From: Thermodesulfobacteriota bacterium
Lineage (GTDB): Bacteria; Desulfobacterota; Desulfobacteria; Desulfobacterales; SURF-7
Reading direction: 5' to 3'
Assembly (NCBI GenBank): GCA_049320885.1
Contig: JBMORA010000024.1
Location: 1 to 64,000, forward strand
Length of the DNA stretch: 64,000 nt
Part shown: positions 1 to 9,133 of the stretch, piece after piece
Numbering within the stretch: the first letter of the stretch is position 1
Layout: each line of letters starts with the position of its first letter
The notes under the pieces: model-generated
What the model was told of the DNA's origin: nothing
Databases searched by the model: none
Seen by the model: the letters and a program-made list of their open reading frames with translations, nothing else
Program-made: the position numbers and the translations under genes

Positions 1-704
1 CCCCCCCTTTCCCGCTGTTTTTTTTTCAGCTTCCGGCGTTCGGCCGTCTCTTTTCTGTCCGCAATTTTCAATGCAAAGGCCTTTTCATTCCGCGCGTAAG
101 CGCGTACTTCCGTTTCCACCCGCGCGCCCTCACCCTGCCCGATATGACGGGCCATCTGCTGGAAAAAAATTACATTTTTTCGCAGTTCGTCCTTTCGAAA
201 CAACAAGGAGGCATACTGGATTCGGCGGTTGCTGGGCCATAATTCCTTCAGGGTCTGTTCGAGCAGGGGGTTCCGGGCGGCCTGCATGCCCACTTCGGCG
301 AATTCAAATATGCCGTCATAGTATTCCTGCACATCGCCCTTCCCGGCCGCCTGTTCGATTCTGGACAGGGCCGCATTCATCCGCCGGATATCATCGGCTT
401 CGGCGTGCTCGGCCGCTTTCCTGGCCACCAGACTGTACAAGGCCTCAAAGATATCATAGAACCACTCGATGTGCTGGGCCGTGATATCCGTAACCCGGGC
501 GCCTTTTCGCGGAATCAGCTCCACCAGCCGGTTTTTCTCCAGCATGCGCAGGGATTCTCTCACCGGACTGCGGCTCACCCCCATTTCCTCGGCAACCTTC
601 GCCTCCAGAATCCTCTCGCCGGGTTTCAGTTCGTTGCGAATGATTTTTTCACTGAGATCCCGGGTCAGGATCTCCGGCAGATTATCAAGAGCGATCACTG
701 TCAT
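1..704 (-). CDS. GntR (FadR/FCD-type) transcriptional regulator, 3' end runs off window
   Basis: Manual translation from ATG at 704: MTVIALDNLPEILTRDLSEKIIRNELKPGERILEAKVAEEMGVSRSPVRESLRMLEK (GntR wHTH). Absent from the ORF track because no stop lies in the window. Confidence 0.9.
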   Translation of the reverse strand, partial: MTVIALDNLPEILTRDLSEKIIRNELKPGERILEAKVAEEMGVSRSPVRESLRMLEKNRLVELIPRKGARVTDITAQHIEWFYDIFEALYSLVARKAAEHAEADDIRRMNAALSRIEQAAGKGDVQEYYDGIFEFAEVGMQAARNPLLEQTLKELWPSNRRIQYASLLFRKDELRKNVIFFQQMARHIGQGEGARVETEVRAYARNEKAFALKIADRKETAERRKLKKKQRERG

Positions 705-742
705 ACCCCATCCTTCATGGGAACGTCTCCGTACGTCACATT

Positions 743-790
743 TTGTCGATTGTCGACAGTATACAATTTGTCGACGGTTTGTCAATCAAA
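743..790. promoter_or_regulatory. Putative GntR operator array (TTGTCGAC / GTATAC palindromes)
   Basis: ttgtcgattgtcgacagtatacaatttgtcgacggtttgtcaa: repeated TTGTCGA(C) boxes directly upstream of the GntR gene. Confidence 0.6.
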
Positions 791-889
791 ATTTGGCCTG
801 CGGATTGAAACTTGACAGGCTGCGGCGCCTCGCCTATCCTCGACCGCATAATATTTTTTTCATTACCCCAAAATGCAGAAGGAGCCCCC

Positions 890-1102
890 ATGCGGTGTCA
901 AACGCTGATTGCCTGTCTGTTGGTTTGCCTCCCCGCTTTTTCCCACGCTGAAAACATGATTTTTGACGCATCGTATGTATACGACGCCGGGGAATCCGAC
1001 AGCAAATTGACCTGCCGGGCCGTTTCCCTTCAGGAGGTGAAAAAGCTGTTGCTGGAAAAGATCGGTGTCTATCTGGAAACAAAAACGGAAGTCGTCAATT
1101 AA
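890..1102 (+). pseudogene. Truncated secreted protein (N-terminal fragment homologous to 17961..18950)
   Basis: GAAGGAG RBS, signal peptide, YDAGESDSK..LLLEKIGVYL motif, then TAA after 70 aa. Confidence 0.55.
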
Positions 1103-1114
1103 AGGAGCACACAA

Positions 1115-1789
1115 ATGGAGCTGATCGAGGCGATCCAAACAAGAAGCAGTGTCCGGGGATTTTCCAACCGGAAGGTGGCAAAGCACGTGTTGAACGAAAT
1201 TCTGGATATCGCCTGCCGGGCGCCGTCGGCAATGAACACCCAGCCATGGGAATTCGTGGTCCTTGGCGGCGAGCCTTTGGATCGAATCCGCGCCAGCCTA
1301 GTGGAAAAGCTGAAACGCAAGGATCCCATGAAACCCGACCATCTGGTTGTGGGTTGGCCCCCGGAAAGTGTCTATCGTCAGCGACAGGTGGAACTGGCCA
1401 AGGGCCTTTTCAAATTGATGGACATTCAGCGGGAAGACCAGGAGAAAAGAAGCGGCTGGCTGGAGCGCGGCTTCCGCTTTTTCGACGCCCCGACCGCCAT
1501 TGTTCTCCTCACCGATAAAAGCTTGACGGAAAACGGCCCCCTGCTCGACATGGGAGCGGTCATGCAGAATATCTGTCTGGCGGCACTGGATTTCGGCCTG
1601 GGCACCTGCATTGAAGATCAGGGCGTGCTGTATCCGGAAGTGGTCCGGGAAATCGCCCGAATCCCGGAATCCAAACGCATCATCATCGCCATCGCCATCG
1701 GCTATCCCGACCCGGATTTCCCGGCCAACAAAAACCGCAGCCGACGGGAACCGGCAACCAATCTGACATCATGGGTGGGGTTTGAATGA
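1115..1789 (+). CDS. Nitroreductase family protein
   Basis: RSSVRGF, APSAMNTQPWEF, GLGTC, IAIGYPD motifs; AGGAG RBS. Confidence 0.93.
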   Translation: MELIEAIQTRSSVRGFSNRKVAKHVLNEILDIACRAPSAMNTQPWEFVVLGGEPLDRIRASLVEKLKRKDPMKPDHLVVGWPPESVYRQRQVELAKGLFKLMDIQREDQEKRSGWLERGFRFFDAPTAIVLLTDKSLTENGPLLDMGAVMQNICLAALDFGLGTCIEDQGVLYPEVVREIARIPESKRIIIAIAIGYPDPDFPANKNRSRREPATNLTSWVGFE

Positions 1790-1856
1790 AAACCGCTTTT
1801 CAAATTGATAGTAAAGCGGGAATAATCAACGGTTGGTTCGAGGAGGACATTTTTCC

Positions 1857-2786
1857 ATGCATGTCGCGGTGTTTGCGGATATAGAAGGCAGTTTCGGCAT
1901 CTGGCGCATGCGCCAATGCCGCATGGGCACACCTGAATGGCAGTACGGCCGCGCCTGCCTCACCGCCGACGTCAACCAGGCGGTTCAAGGCGCCTTCGAC
2001 GGCGGCGCCGCACGGGTGACCGTGAAGGATACCCACGAACTGGGTTTCAATTGTCTGACCCGGCGGCTGGATCCGAGGGCCGCGTATATCGGCGGCCATT
2101 TCATCTCGCCGACATTTTTCGGGAAGCTGGCCGACTACGATCTGGTGCTGTATGTCGCCATTCACGCCGCCTCCGGCACCCCGGGCGCCTTTTTCCCCCA
2201 CACCCATTACGGCGTATTCTCCGCGGTGCGGATCAACGGCCGGGCCGTTTCGGAAATGGATGTTTACGGCGCCTATCTGGGCGCCTATGGGTTGCCCATC
2301 GGGTTCGTATCCGGCGACGATATCGCCGTGGCTCAAGCCCTGATCGCCTTGCCGTGGGCGAAATCCGTCGTTGTTGACAAACAAAGGGCAGCCTATACTT
2401 CCGGTGAGCAAAGCATCCGCTATCTTGCCGATGGCAGGCGGCGAATCCGGCAAGCCGCGGCGGCGGCGGTGCGGGAAGCCGGCGGCATGAAGCCCCTGGT
2501 TCTCGAAGGCCCGCTCCATTTCGAAGCGGAATTTCGAACCCGTCAACTGGCGGATCAATTCAATACCTGGAGATACCGGCAGGTGGAAAACCGCGTGGAA
2601 TGGGAAGCGGACGACATCATCACGGGTTTCGACATGATGAACCGACTGACCTTCTTCCCCAAAAAAATCTATCCGTTCCGCAGGCCCCTGGCCTTCCTAT
2701 TGCGCGCCTACTACAGGATGAAAACCGGCTACTTCTCCCCTGCCCCGAATCCGGAGGACGCACCAGATCCGTTTCAGATGGAATGA
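1857..2786 (+). CDS. M55 family metallopeptidase (DppA-like D-aminopeptidase)
   Basis: DIEG, DTH, HA, HT, SE metal-ligand motifs; GAGGAGG RBS. Confidence 0.88.
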   Translation: MHVAVFADIEGSFGIWRMRQCRMGTPEWQYGRACLTADVNQAVQGAFDGGAARVTVKDTHELGFNCLTRRLDPRAAYIGGHFISPTFFGKLADYDLVLYVAIHAASGTPGAFFPHTHYGVFSAVRINGRAVSEMDVYGAYLGAYGLPIGFVSGDDIAVAQALIALPWAKSVVVDKQRAAYTSGEQSIRYLADGRRRIRQAAAAAVREAGGMKPLVLEGPLHFEAEFRTRQLADQFNTWRYRQVENRVEWEADDIITGFDMMNRLTFFPKKIYPFRRPLAFLLRAYYRMKTGYFSPAPNPEDAPDPFQME

Positions 2787-2836
2787 CAGATCCCCGACGA
2801 CAAGGCCGGGGATGCGCCGGGGAAAAAACTTCTCCC

Positions 2837-2871
2837 AAAAACAGAAATGGGGGCTTGCGCCCCCATTTCTG
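2837..2871 (-). terminator. Intrinsic terminator
   Basis: Perfect 13-bp stem cagaaatgggggc/gcccccatttctg, GCAA loop on the minus strand, followed by a T-run; lies between convergent genes. Confidence 0.8.
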
Positions 2872-2928
2872 CTGATTGAAGTTACCTGAAAAAATCCGGA
2901 CACCCGGCCCGATAGCCGGGCGTCGCGG

Positions 2929-4617
2929 CTAGACCGGATTCTGCCAGACCACCGCTGATCTGGATTTGTACCATTTGTCCGCATACGGACTGTAGGTGCT
3001 TTCCAGCTTGGAGCGTTTGATCTTCATGGTGGGTGTCAGGAAACCGTTTTCCGGCATCCAGCGGTCATCGGTTATGGCCAGAAATTCCAGCTGCTCAAAG
3101 GCAGGCAGTTTGCTGTTGACCTCCTTGAGGTGCTCGGACAATTCCTTGGCAATGACATCCTTTTGACCTTTTTTCAAGGCCGCCTGGGCTTCCTCGGACA
3201 GCATCACCACTGCATGCGGCTGGGGATATCCGGCACCGGACACAACACAGGCTTCCACCCGGGGATGATTGGCGATCAGATTTTCAATGGGGGCCGGAGC
3301 CACGTATTTGCCTTTGGAAGTCTTGAACAATTCCTTGGCCCGACCGGTGATCTTGAGGCGGCCCATCTCGTCAAGCTCACCGAGATCGCCGGTTCTCAGA
3401 AAACCGTCTTTGGTGAAGGATTCCTTGGTGGCTTCCGGGTTTTTGTAATACCCCATCATATTGCCCGGACTCTTGATCAGCACCTCGCCCTCCGGGCTGA
3501 TTTTTTGCTGCACATCCGGATAGGGTGCGCCAACATAGCCGGGCCGCACCTGTCCGGGCTTGGTGCAGTGGGAATAGGCAAAATTCTCGGTCATGCCGTA
3601 CCCTTCCAGGAGTTCAAGACCCAACGCGCGGTACCATTCCAGGACCTCCTTGGGAATGGGCGCCGATCCGGAACCGGCGAACCGCACCTTGTTCAACCCC
3701 AGCCCCTTGAGGATCTTTTTCTTCACCAGACTGCTGAGAATGGGAATTTTCAGCAAGCGTTCCAGTTTCTGCGGCGGCACTTTATGGAAGACGCCGAGCT
3801 GGAACTTGAGCCACAACCGCGGCACGGAGATGAACAGGGTGGGCCGGGCGCGTTGGAGATCCTGCAGGAAGGTATCCAGCGACTCGGCGAACCACAGCGA
3901 ACCGCCCACGTAGATGGAAACCGATTCCACCACGAAGCGCTCGAAACTATGGGAGAGGGGCAGGTAGGAGAGAACGCGGTCATCCTTCCTGACTTCCATA
4001 TAGTCGGTAAGGCCCTTGGCGCTCCGGAACATGGCTTCGAAGCTGAGCATGACCCCCTTGGGTTTTCCAGTGCTGCCGGACGTGTAAATGATGGTGGCCA
4101 GTTCCTCCGGCGCACGGTCGACCGGATTTTTCAGGGGCTGGTGCTTGGCGATGATATCGTCCCACTGGGTGTGGTTGTTTTTGGGCGCCAGGGGAAAGGC
4201 GATCTTGGGCAAATCATCGGGCACGCCTTTTTTCATTTCATCCCAGATGGGATCGAGCTTCCCGACAAAAAGAAGCTTGGATTCGGAATGCTCCAGCGTG
4301 TATTGAACGATGTCCGCGGTCAATATCGGAAAAATCGGGACGCTCACATGCCCCGCCATCCAGATGGCCAGATCGGCAATGATCCAATGGGCGCAGTTCT
4401 TGGAGCATAAGGCGATATTGCTTTTCTCCGGCAGGTTGAGGCTTTTCAAGTAAGCGGCCATGCGACGCGCCTCATCCATCGCCTCCTGCCAGGTCCAGGT
4501 CTTGATGTTGGCGTCGCCCCCTCCCATCGGCTGGGTGAAATACACCCGATGGGAATCATTTTTTTCCCAGTGATACGCGCATTCCAGTAAATTTTTACAA
4601 TGATCCTGCGATCCCAT
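2929..4617 (-). CDS. Long-chain fatty acid-CoA ligase (AMP-binding)
   Basis: YTSGSTGKPKG, GYGMTE, TGDLG, LTPTMKIKR. Confidence 0.93.
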   Translation of the reverse strand: MGSQDHCKNLLECAYHWEKNDSHRVYFTQPMGGGDANIKTWTWQEAMDEARRMAAYLKSLNLPEKSNIALCSKNCAHWIIADLAIWMAGHVSVPIFPILTADIVQYTLEHSESKLLFVGKLDPIWDEMKKGVPDDLPKIAFPLAPKNNHTQWDDIIAKHQPLKNPVDRAPEELATIIYTSGSTGKPKGVMLSFEAMFRSAKGLTDYMEVRKDDRVLSYLPLSHSFERFVVESVSIYVGGSLWFAESLDTFLQDLQRARPTLFISVPRLWLKFQLGVFHKVPPQKLERLLKIPILSSLVKKKILKGLGLNKVRFAGSGSAPIPKEVLEWYRALGLELLEGYGMTENFAYSHCTKPGQVRPGYVGAPYPDVQQKISPEGEVLIKSPGNMMGYYKNPEATKESFTKDGFLRTGDLGELDEMGRLKITGRAKELFKTSKGKYVAPAPIENLIANHPRVEACVVSGAGYPQPHAVVMLSEEAQAALKKGQKDVIAKELSEHLKEVNSKLPAFEQLEFLAITDDRWMPENGFLTPTMKIKRSKLESTYSPYADKWYKSRSAVVWQNPV

Positions 4618-5002
4618 AGACTCTCCTCCCAATTTGTCAAATTTGTTGTGTGACTGACTGCGGATACAACCACCCCAATCGCCTGCTGGAGGCTCCTGGC
4701 TTGGATGGCGTGTCATCGTATTGAAACGAATTTGAACCTTTCTCATATGGTAGAAAAAAACGCATGTCAAGACATTAAACGCAGTTCAATCGCAACAACA
4801 GGTGTTTTTTATCCAGGACAGCCTTCCGAAATCGTGGGAATTCAAGATCCGGTCATGGGCCTCACCATGCAGCCCTGTAAAAAACGGGAAATAGCTGGCA
4901 AAAAAAACAGGAAAAATGTTATAGGCTGCCAAGCGTCCATGTCCGATCCGGCCGGAACGCCACGATCCAGACCACGATGGGAACAACCGACGGGAAAACG
5001 CA

Positions 5003-6697
5003 ATGGAGATGATAACGTCCAGGGATGTCGTGGTGTTGCTTACCGCCTTGGGGGTATTGCTGATAACAGCCCGCCTGCTCGCGGAAATATCGCGCCATCT
5101 TCATCTGACTACCGTTTTCGGTGAAATTCTGGCCGGTATTCTGCTGGGACCGACCGTTCTTGGAACCGCGGCGCCGGAAATCTGCGCCACCCTTTTCCCC
5201 CAGGCCGGTCCAGGCGCCCTGCTGTTCGAAGGCATCATCACCCTGTCCCTTGTTCTGTTCCTGCTGGTGGCAGGCCTGGAGGCGGACATCTCCACGGTCT
5301 GGCGCCAGGGCAAAGCCGTGGTCAGTATGGGAGTGTCGGGAATCTTCTTTCCCTCGGCCGTCGGTTTCGCGGCAGCCTGGTTTTTTCCCGTCCTGCTGGG
5401 CCGCAAGGCCGGCGCCGATCCATTGATTTTTTCTCTTTTCATCGCCACGGCTCTGTCCATATCCGCTTTGCCTGTTATCGCCAAGACGCTAATGGAGTTA
5501 GATCTCTACCGTAGCGACCTGGGGATGATGATCATTGCAGCCGCCATTTTCAACGATCTGATCGGTTGGATCATCTTTGCCGTGATTCTGGGGTTGATGG
5601 GCAAAGGAGGCAGCCACCTGCCGCTGGCCTGGACGATTCTACTCACCTTCGGTTTCACCTTCCTGATGATCACGTTCTTCCGCCGGCTGATCCACGGCAT
5701 CCTGCCCTGGATCCAGGCCCATACGGTCTGGCCCGGCGGCCAGTTGGGCTTCACGCTGTCCATGACCCTGCTGGGCGCGGCCTTTACCGAATGGATCGGG
5801 GTGCATGCCATTTTCGGCTCCTTCATGGTGGGCGTGGCCATGGGCGATACCCCGCATTTCCGGGAGCGGATGCGGGCCATCATCGATCAGTTCGTCTCCT
5901 ATTTCTTTGCTCCGATTTTTTTTGCCTCCATCGGTCTCAAACTGAATTTCGCCGCCTTCTTCGACCTGCGCATGATTCTGCTGGTGCTGATAATCGCCTG
6001 CCTCGGCAAAATCATGGGCTGCATCATCGGCGGCCGACTCAGCGGCATGTCGCCCCGGGAAGCCTGGGCCGTGGGGTTCGGCATGAACGCCCGGGGCGCC
6101 ATGGAAATCGTTCTGGGCCTCATGGCGCTGCGATACGGAATCATCAGCGAACACTTGTTCGTGGCCCTGATCGTCATGGCCGTGGTGACCTCGTTGATGA
6201 GCGGGCCCATGATGCAATGGATTTTACGACTCAGGAAACCCCGACGGTTTTCGGATTTTCTTCCAGCCAGGGGCATGATCCGGCTGCGGTCCCGGGATGC
6301 CGATGCCGCCATCGCGGAACTGGCCGAGGCCCTCGGAACGGTGGATGGTGTCGCCAGTCGGGACGTGACGGAAGCCGCGCAAAAGCGGGAAAATCTCATG
6401 CCCACGGGCATCGGCAACGAAGTGGCGGCGCCCCACGCCCGGCTGGATGGAATTTCCCAGCCCCTGGTGGCGCTGGGTATCTCCCAGACCGGAATCGATT
6501 TCCAAGGCCCGGACGGCAACCCCGCCCGGTTCGTCTTTCTGATCCTGACCCCCACCCACGACAACGGCGCCCAGGTCGAAATCCTATCCGATATCGCCCG
6601 GACTTTCCGGCGCCGGGATTTCCGGGAGGCAGTGCTTGCGGCCAACGGCATCACGGAATTTTTGGCGTTGGTAAAAAGTTACGGCGTAACCCGATGA
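5003..6697 (+). CDS. CPA2 cation:proton antiporter fused to C-terminal PTS EIIA (Ntr/Fru-type) domain
   Basis: Many hydrophobic helices, ISALPV, FNDLIGW, RGAME; C-terminal PTGIGNEVAAPHAR. Confidence 0.9.
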   Translation: MEMITSRDVVVLLTALGVLLITARLLAEISRHLHLTTVFGEILAGILLGPTVLGTAAPEICATLFPQAGPGALLFEGIITLSLVLFLLVAGLEADISTVWRQGKAVVSMGVSGIFFPSAVGFAAAWFFPVLLGRKAGADPLIFSLFIATALSISALPVIAKTLMELDLYRSDLGMMIIAAAIFNDLIGWIIFAVILGLMGKGGSHLPLAWTILLTFGFTFLMITFFRRLIHGILPWIQAHTVWPGGQLGFTLSMTLLGAAFTEWIGVHAIFGSFMVGVAMGDTPHFRERMRAIIDQFVSYFFAPIFFASIGLKLNFAAFFDLRMILLVLIIACLGKIMGCIIGGRLSGMSPREAWAVGFGMNARGAMEIVLGLMALRYGIISEHLFVALIVMAVVTSLMSGPMMQWILRLRKPRRFSDFLPARGMIRLRSRDADAAIAELAEALGTVDGVASRDVTEAAQKRENLMPTGIGNEVAAPHARLDGISQPLVALGISQTGIDFQGPDGNPARFVFLILTPTHDNGAQVEILSDIARTFRRRDFREAVLAANGITEFLALVKSYGVTR

Positions 6698-6731
6698 CGA
6701 TTCCCGATGACGACATTGATGGCAGGAAACA

Positions 6732-7082
6732 TTATGCCCCTTCCGCCATGTCCCGACCACGCGGCAGGTAATCCTCCCGGACCGGCGAAAACACTTCCAC
6801 CGCCACGGCATCTTCCAGAACCTCGGCGCCGTGTTCCATGTCACCGGCGATGGACCAGCTGTCCCCCGGTCCCATATCGAAAACCTCCGCGCCGATCCTC
6901 AATCGGATCCGGCCGCTCACCAGATAGCCCGTCTGCTCGTGGGGATGGCGATGCCGGGGTAACGAGCAGTTTTTCCGCAGCCGGAATTCCGTCATCAAGG
7001 TTTTTTCCCCATACACCAGGGTCTTTTTTTCGATACCTTCCAGCACTAGTTCATAACCGCCCGCACCGTGCTTCCGCACCAT
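6732..7082 (-). CDS. Cupin domain protein
   Basis: HRHPHEQTGY..SG..GD....HGA, FSPVREDY. Confidence 0.9.
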   Translation of the reverse strand: MVRKHGAGGYELVLEGIEKKTLVYGEKTLMTEFRLRKNCSLPRHRHPHEQTGYLVSGRIRLRIGAEVFDMGPGDSWSIAGDMEHGAEVLEDAVAVEVFSPVREDYLPRGRDMAEGA

Positions 7083-7130
7083 ATTCCCTCCCTTTGGCCT
7101 TGCCGTCGCAACCGGTGGATCCCCGGCGAC

Positions 7131-7376
7131 TCATTCTTCCGGCACCGGCATTCCCATGAATCGATACCGGGAAACCGGCCGGATGCATTCATGGGCCCGA
7201 CAGTGCAACGGGCGCTGCGCATATATCCCGCACGTCCCTTTTGAGGTCAGGTGGGGACAAACCGATACCGTCCCGCCCTCTTCCAGTACCATCCCCACGG
7301 TCGCACCGGTTTCCGGAAAACGGCCGCAGCATTCATAAATCTTATCGTCCAACGGACAGTCTTCGCAGGGATTCAT
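7131..7376 (-). CDS. YkgJ-like cysteine-cluster protein
   Basis: CEDC..CC, CPHL, CGIYAQRPLHCR. Confidence 0.75.
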   Translation of the reverse strand: MNPCEDCPLDDKIYECCGRFPETGATVGMVLEEGGTVSVCPHLTSKGTCGIYAQRPLHCRAHECIRPVSRYRFMGMPVPEE

Positions 7377-7696
7377 CGGTATTCAGCGCTCACCGGAATT
7401 CAAACAGCCGATTCCCGCCGTCTCCGTTCTGAACGGGGAATCGGGGACTTTGCCGGAGATTTCCGGCATGCAAGGACTCTTACCCGGTATTGGCAGGATT
7501 TTCAATAGCCGATCCAGCTGCGGGAATCTCCCCTGCCCGGCGGATGGTGACTATCCCGATGCAACCGCCCTTCCGCGGCATCTGCGATTTTCCCTTTACA
7601 AATCCATTTTATGCGGTAAAGTATCGGCATTGATCCGTTGAATGCCTGAATGACAGCCCTGAATGACAACATGGATGATTGCAAAAGGAGCCGAAG

Positions 7697-8017
7697 GTGG
7701 GTAATTTGATATACGCGGTGGCTTTTCTCGTCAAAAACGCCTTGACCATCTATTTTTATATCGTTATCGCCAGCGCGATTCTGTCATGGGTCAACCCGGA
7801 CCCTTACAACCCCATCGTGCGGTTTCTGCGGAACGCCACCGAACCGGTATACATGCGCATCCGCCGGCATTTCCCTTTCCTGATCGTCGGGGGAATGGAT
7901 TTGACACCCATCGTCGTCATTGTCCTGATCCAATTCCTGCAGATCGCCCTGGTGGGCAACCTCATGGATCTGGCCCATTCATTCCGGTCGCCGATGAATG
8001 GCATGATGTATCCGTAA
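7697..8017 (+). CDS. yggT: YggT family membrane protein
   Basis: LSWVNPDPYNPIV..TEP..DLTPIV; GTG start after AAGGAG. Confidence 0.9.
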   Translation: MGNLIYAVAFLVKNALTIYFYIVIASAILSWVNPDPYNPIVRFLRNATEPVYMRIRRHFPFLIVGGMDLTPIVVIVLIQFLQIALVGNLMDLAHSFRSPMNGMMYP

Positions 8018-8067
8018 TATCCCATTTCCCCGATAAGCGCCCCCGGAATTTTCGGGCAACGGCAACC

Positions 8068-9099
8068 TTATTCCCGCAACACCTCGGCACCTGTTCCGGC
8101 CGCGGCTTCAACGGCGACGGCCAGGGCTGTCCTGGCCCTTGACTCGGCGTCTTGCAGCAGGCGATCCAGCCGCTGCTTTTCCTCCTTTGCAAAGAATTTT
8201 CGCCGGCCGGCTTTTTCAGCGCACAGGCGGGCCTCATCCGCGGCCATCATGGCCCGGGCCGCGGCCTTGGCCGCGGTTTCCGCAAACCGAAGGGCTTGCC
8301 GGCCCACGTCGTCGCCGGTTACCGATATGGTTTTAAGCGCCGCCATCTGGACATAGGTCCGGGCGTAACCGGCGAACAATTCCGCCCGCCCGGCGGCCCT
8401 GGAAGTATCCTCTAAACATTGCCTGATTTTTTCATAAAACGGCTCCACATCGGCATCCAGGGATGTAATCACCACCGATGGCCGCTCGTCTTCCCCCCGG
8501 ATAATCCGATTGGCCTCATCCAGGGCTGTCTGGGCCGCATCCGCGGAACAACGCAATTCCGCCTCCGCTTCCAGGGCCGCCACCCGGACCGCTTCCGCCA
8601 CCTCCTCCGATTTGACCGCCGCAACCGCGGCGAGGGCCGCCCGGTCGGCGGCAGCTTTGGCTCGCAGCCAGGCCTGTTCCGCGGCCGCCACATGTCTGCC
8701 GGTCCACTCCAGCGCCATGCCGTCCGCCCGCAGAACCGCCTGTTTCGCATAGGCTTCCGCGAACAGTTGGAACTGCCTGGCCCGTTTGGCGATTTTCACC
8801 ACATAGATTTCGTTGACCGCGCTTCTCGCAGCGGTCTCTGGTTCCGCTGCCGTCTCCGGCGCCGCCCGCTTCCGGAGTCTTTCCATGACCGTGGCGATGA
8901 CCAGCTCCCTTGCGGCCTGGAATTCGATTCCCGGGCTCAATTCCCGAATTTCCGCAAGGAGTGTGTCGAATTCCTTCCGATTCAGCCAGAACCAGCCTGT
9001 TTCCTGATCCAGGCCGGTGGTCTTGTCGCCGCCGATCAGCAGGCGCATTCCATTCCGCTCCACGATCTCAATGCCCGTGTCCTCAAGTCCCTTTTCCAT
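8068..9099 (-). CDS. Hypothetical Ala-rich helical protein
   Basis: Long ORF with RBS-like GGAGAA before MEKG; follows the ANKH-like gene closely. Confidence 0.7.
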   Translation of the reverse strand: MEKGLEDTGIEIVERNGMRLLIGGDKTTGLDQETGWFWLNRKEFDTLLAEIRELSPGIEFQAARELVIATVMERLRKRAAPETAAEPETAARSAVNEIYVVKIAKRARQFQLFAEAYAKQAVLRADGMALEWTGRHVAAAEQAWLRAKAAADRAALAAVAAVKSEEVAEAVRVAALEAEAELRCSADAAQTALDEANRIIRGEDERPSVVITSLDADVEPFYEKIRQCLEDTSRAAGRAELFAGYARTYVQMAALKTISVTGDDVGRQALRFAETAAKAAARAMMAADEARLCAEKAGRRKFFAKEEKQRLDRLLQDAESRARTALAVAVEAAAGTGAEVLRE

Positions 9100-9133
9100 C
9101 TTTCTCCTTCCTCCATCCATCGGCAGTGCACGA

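Noticed and set aside
71..951. Several plus-strand ORFs
   Set aside because: Antisense to the GntR gene, which has clear motifs
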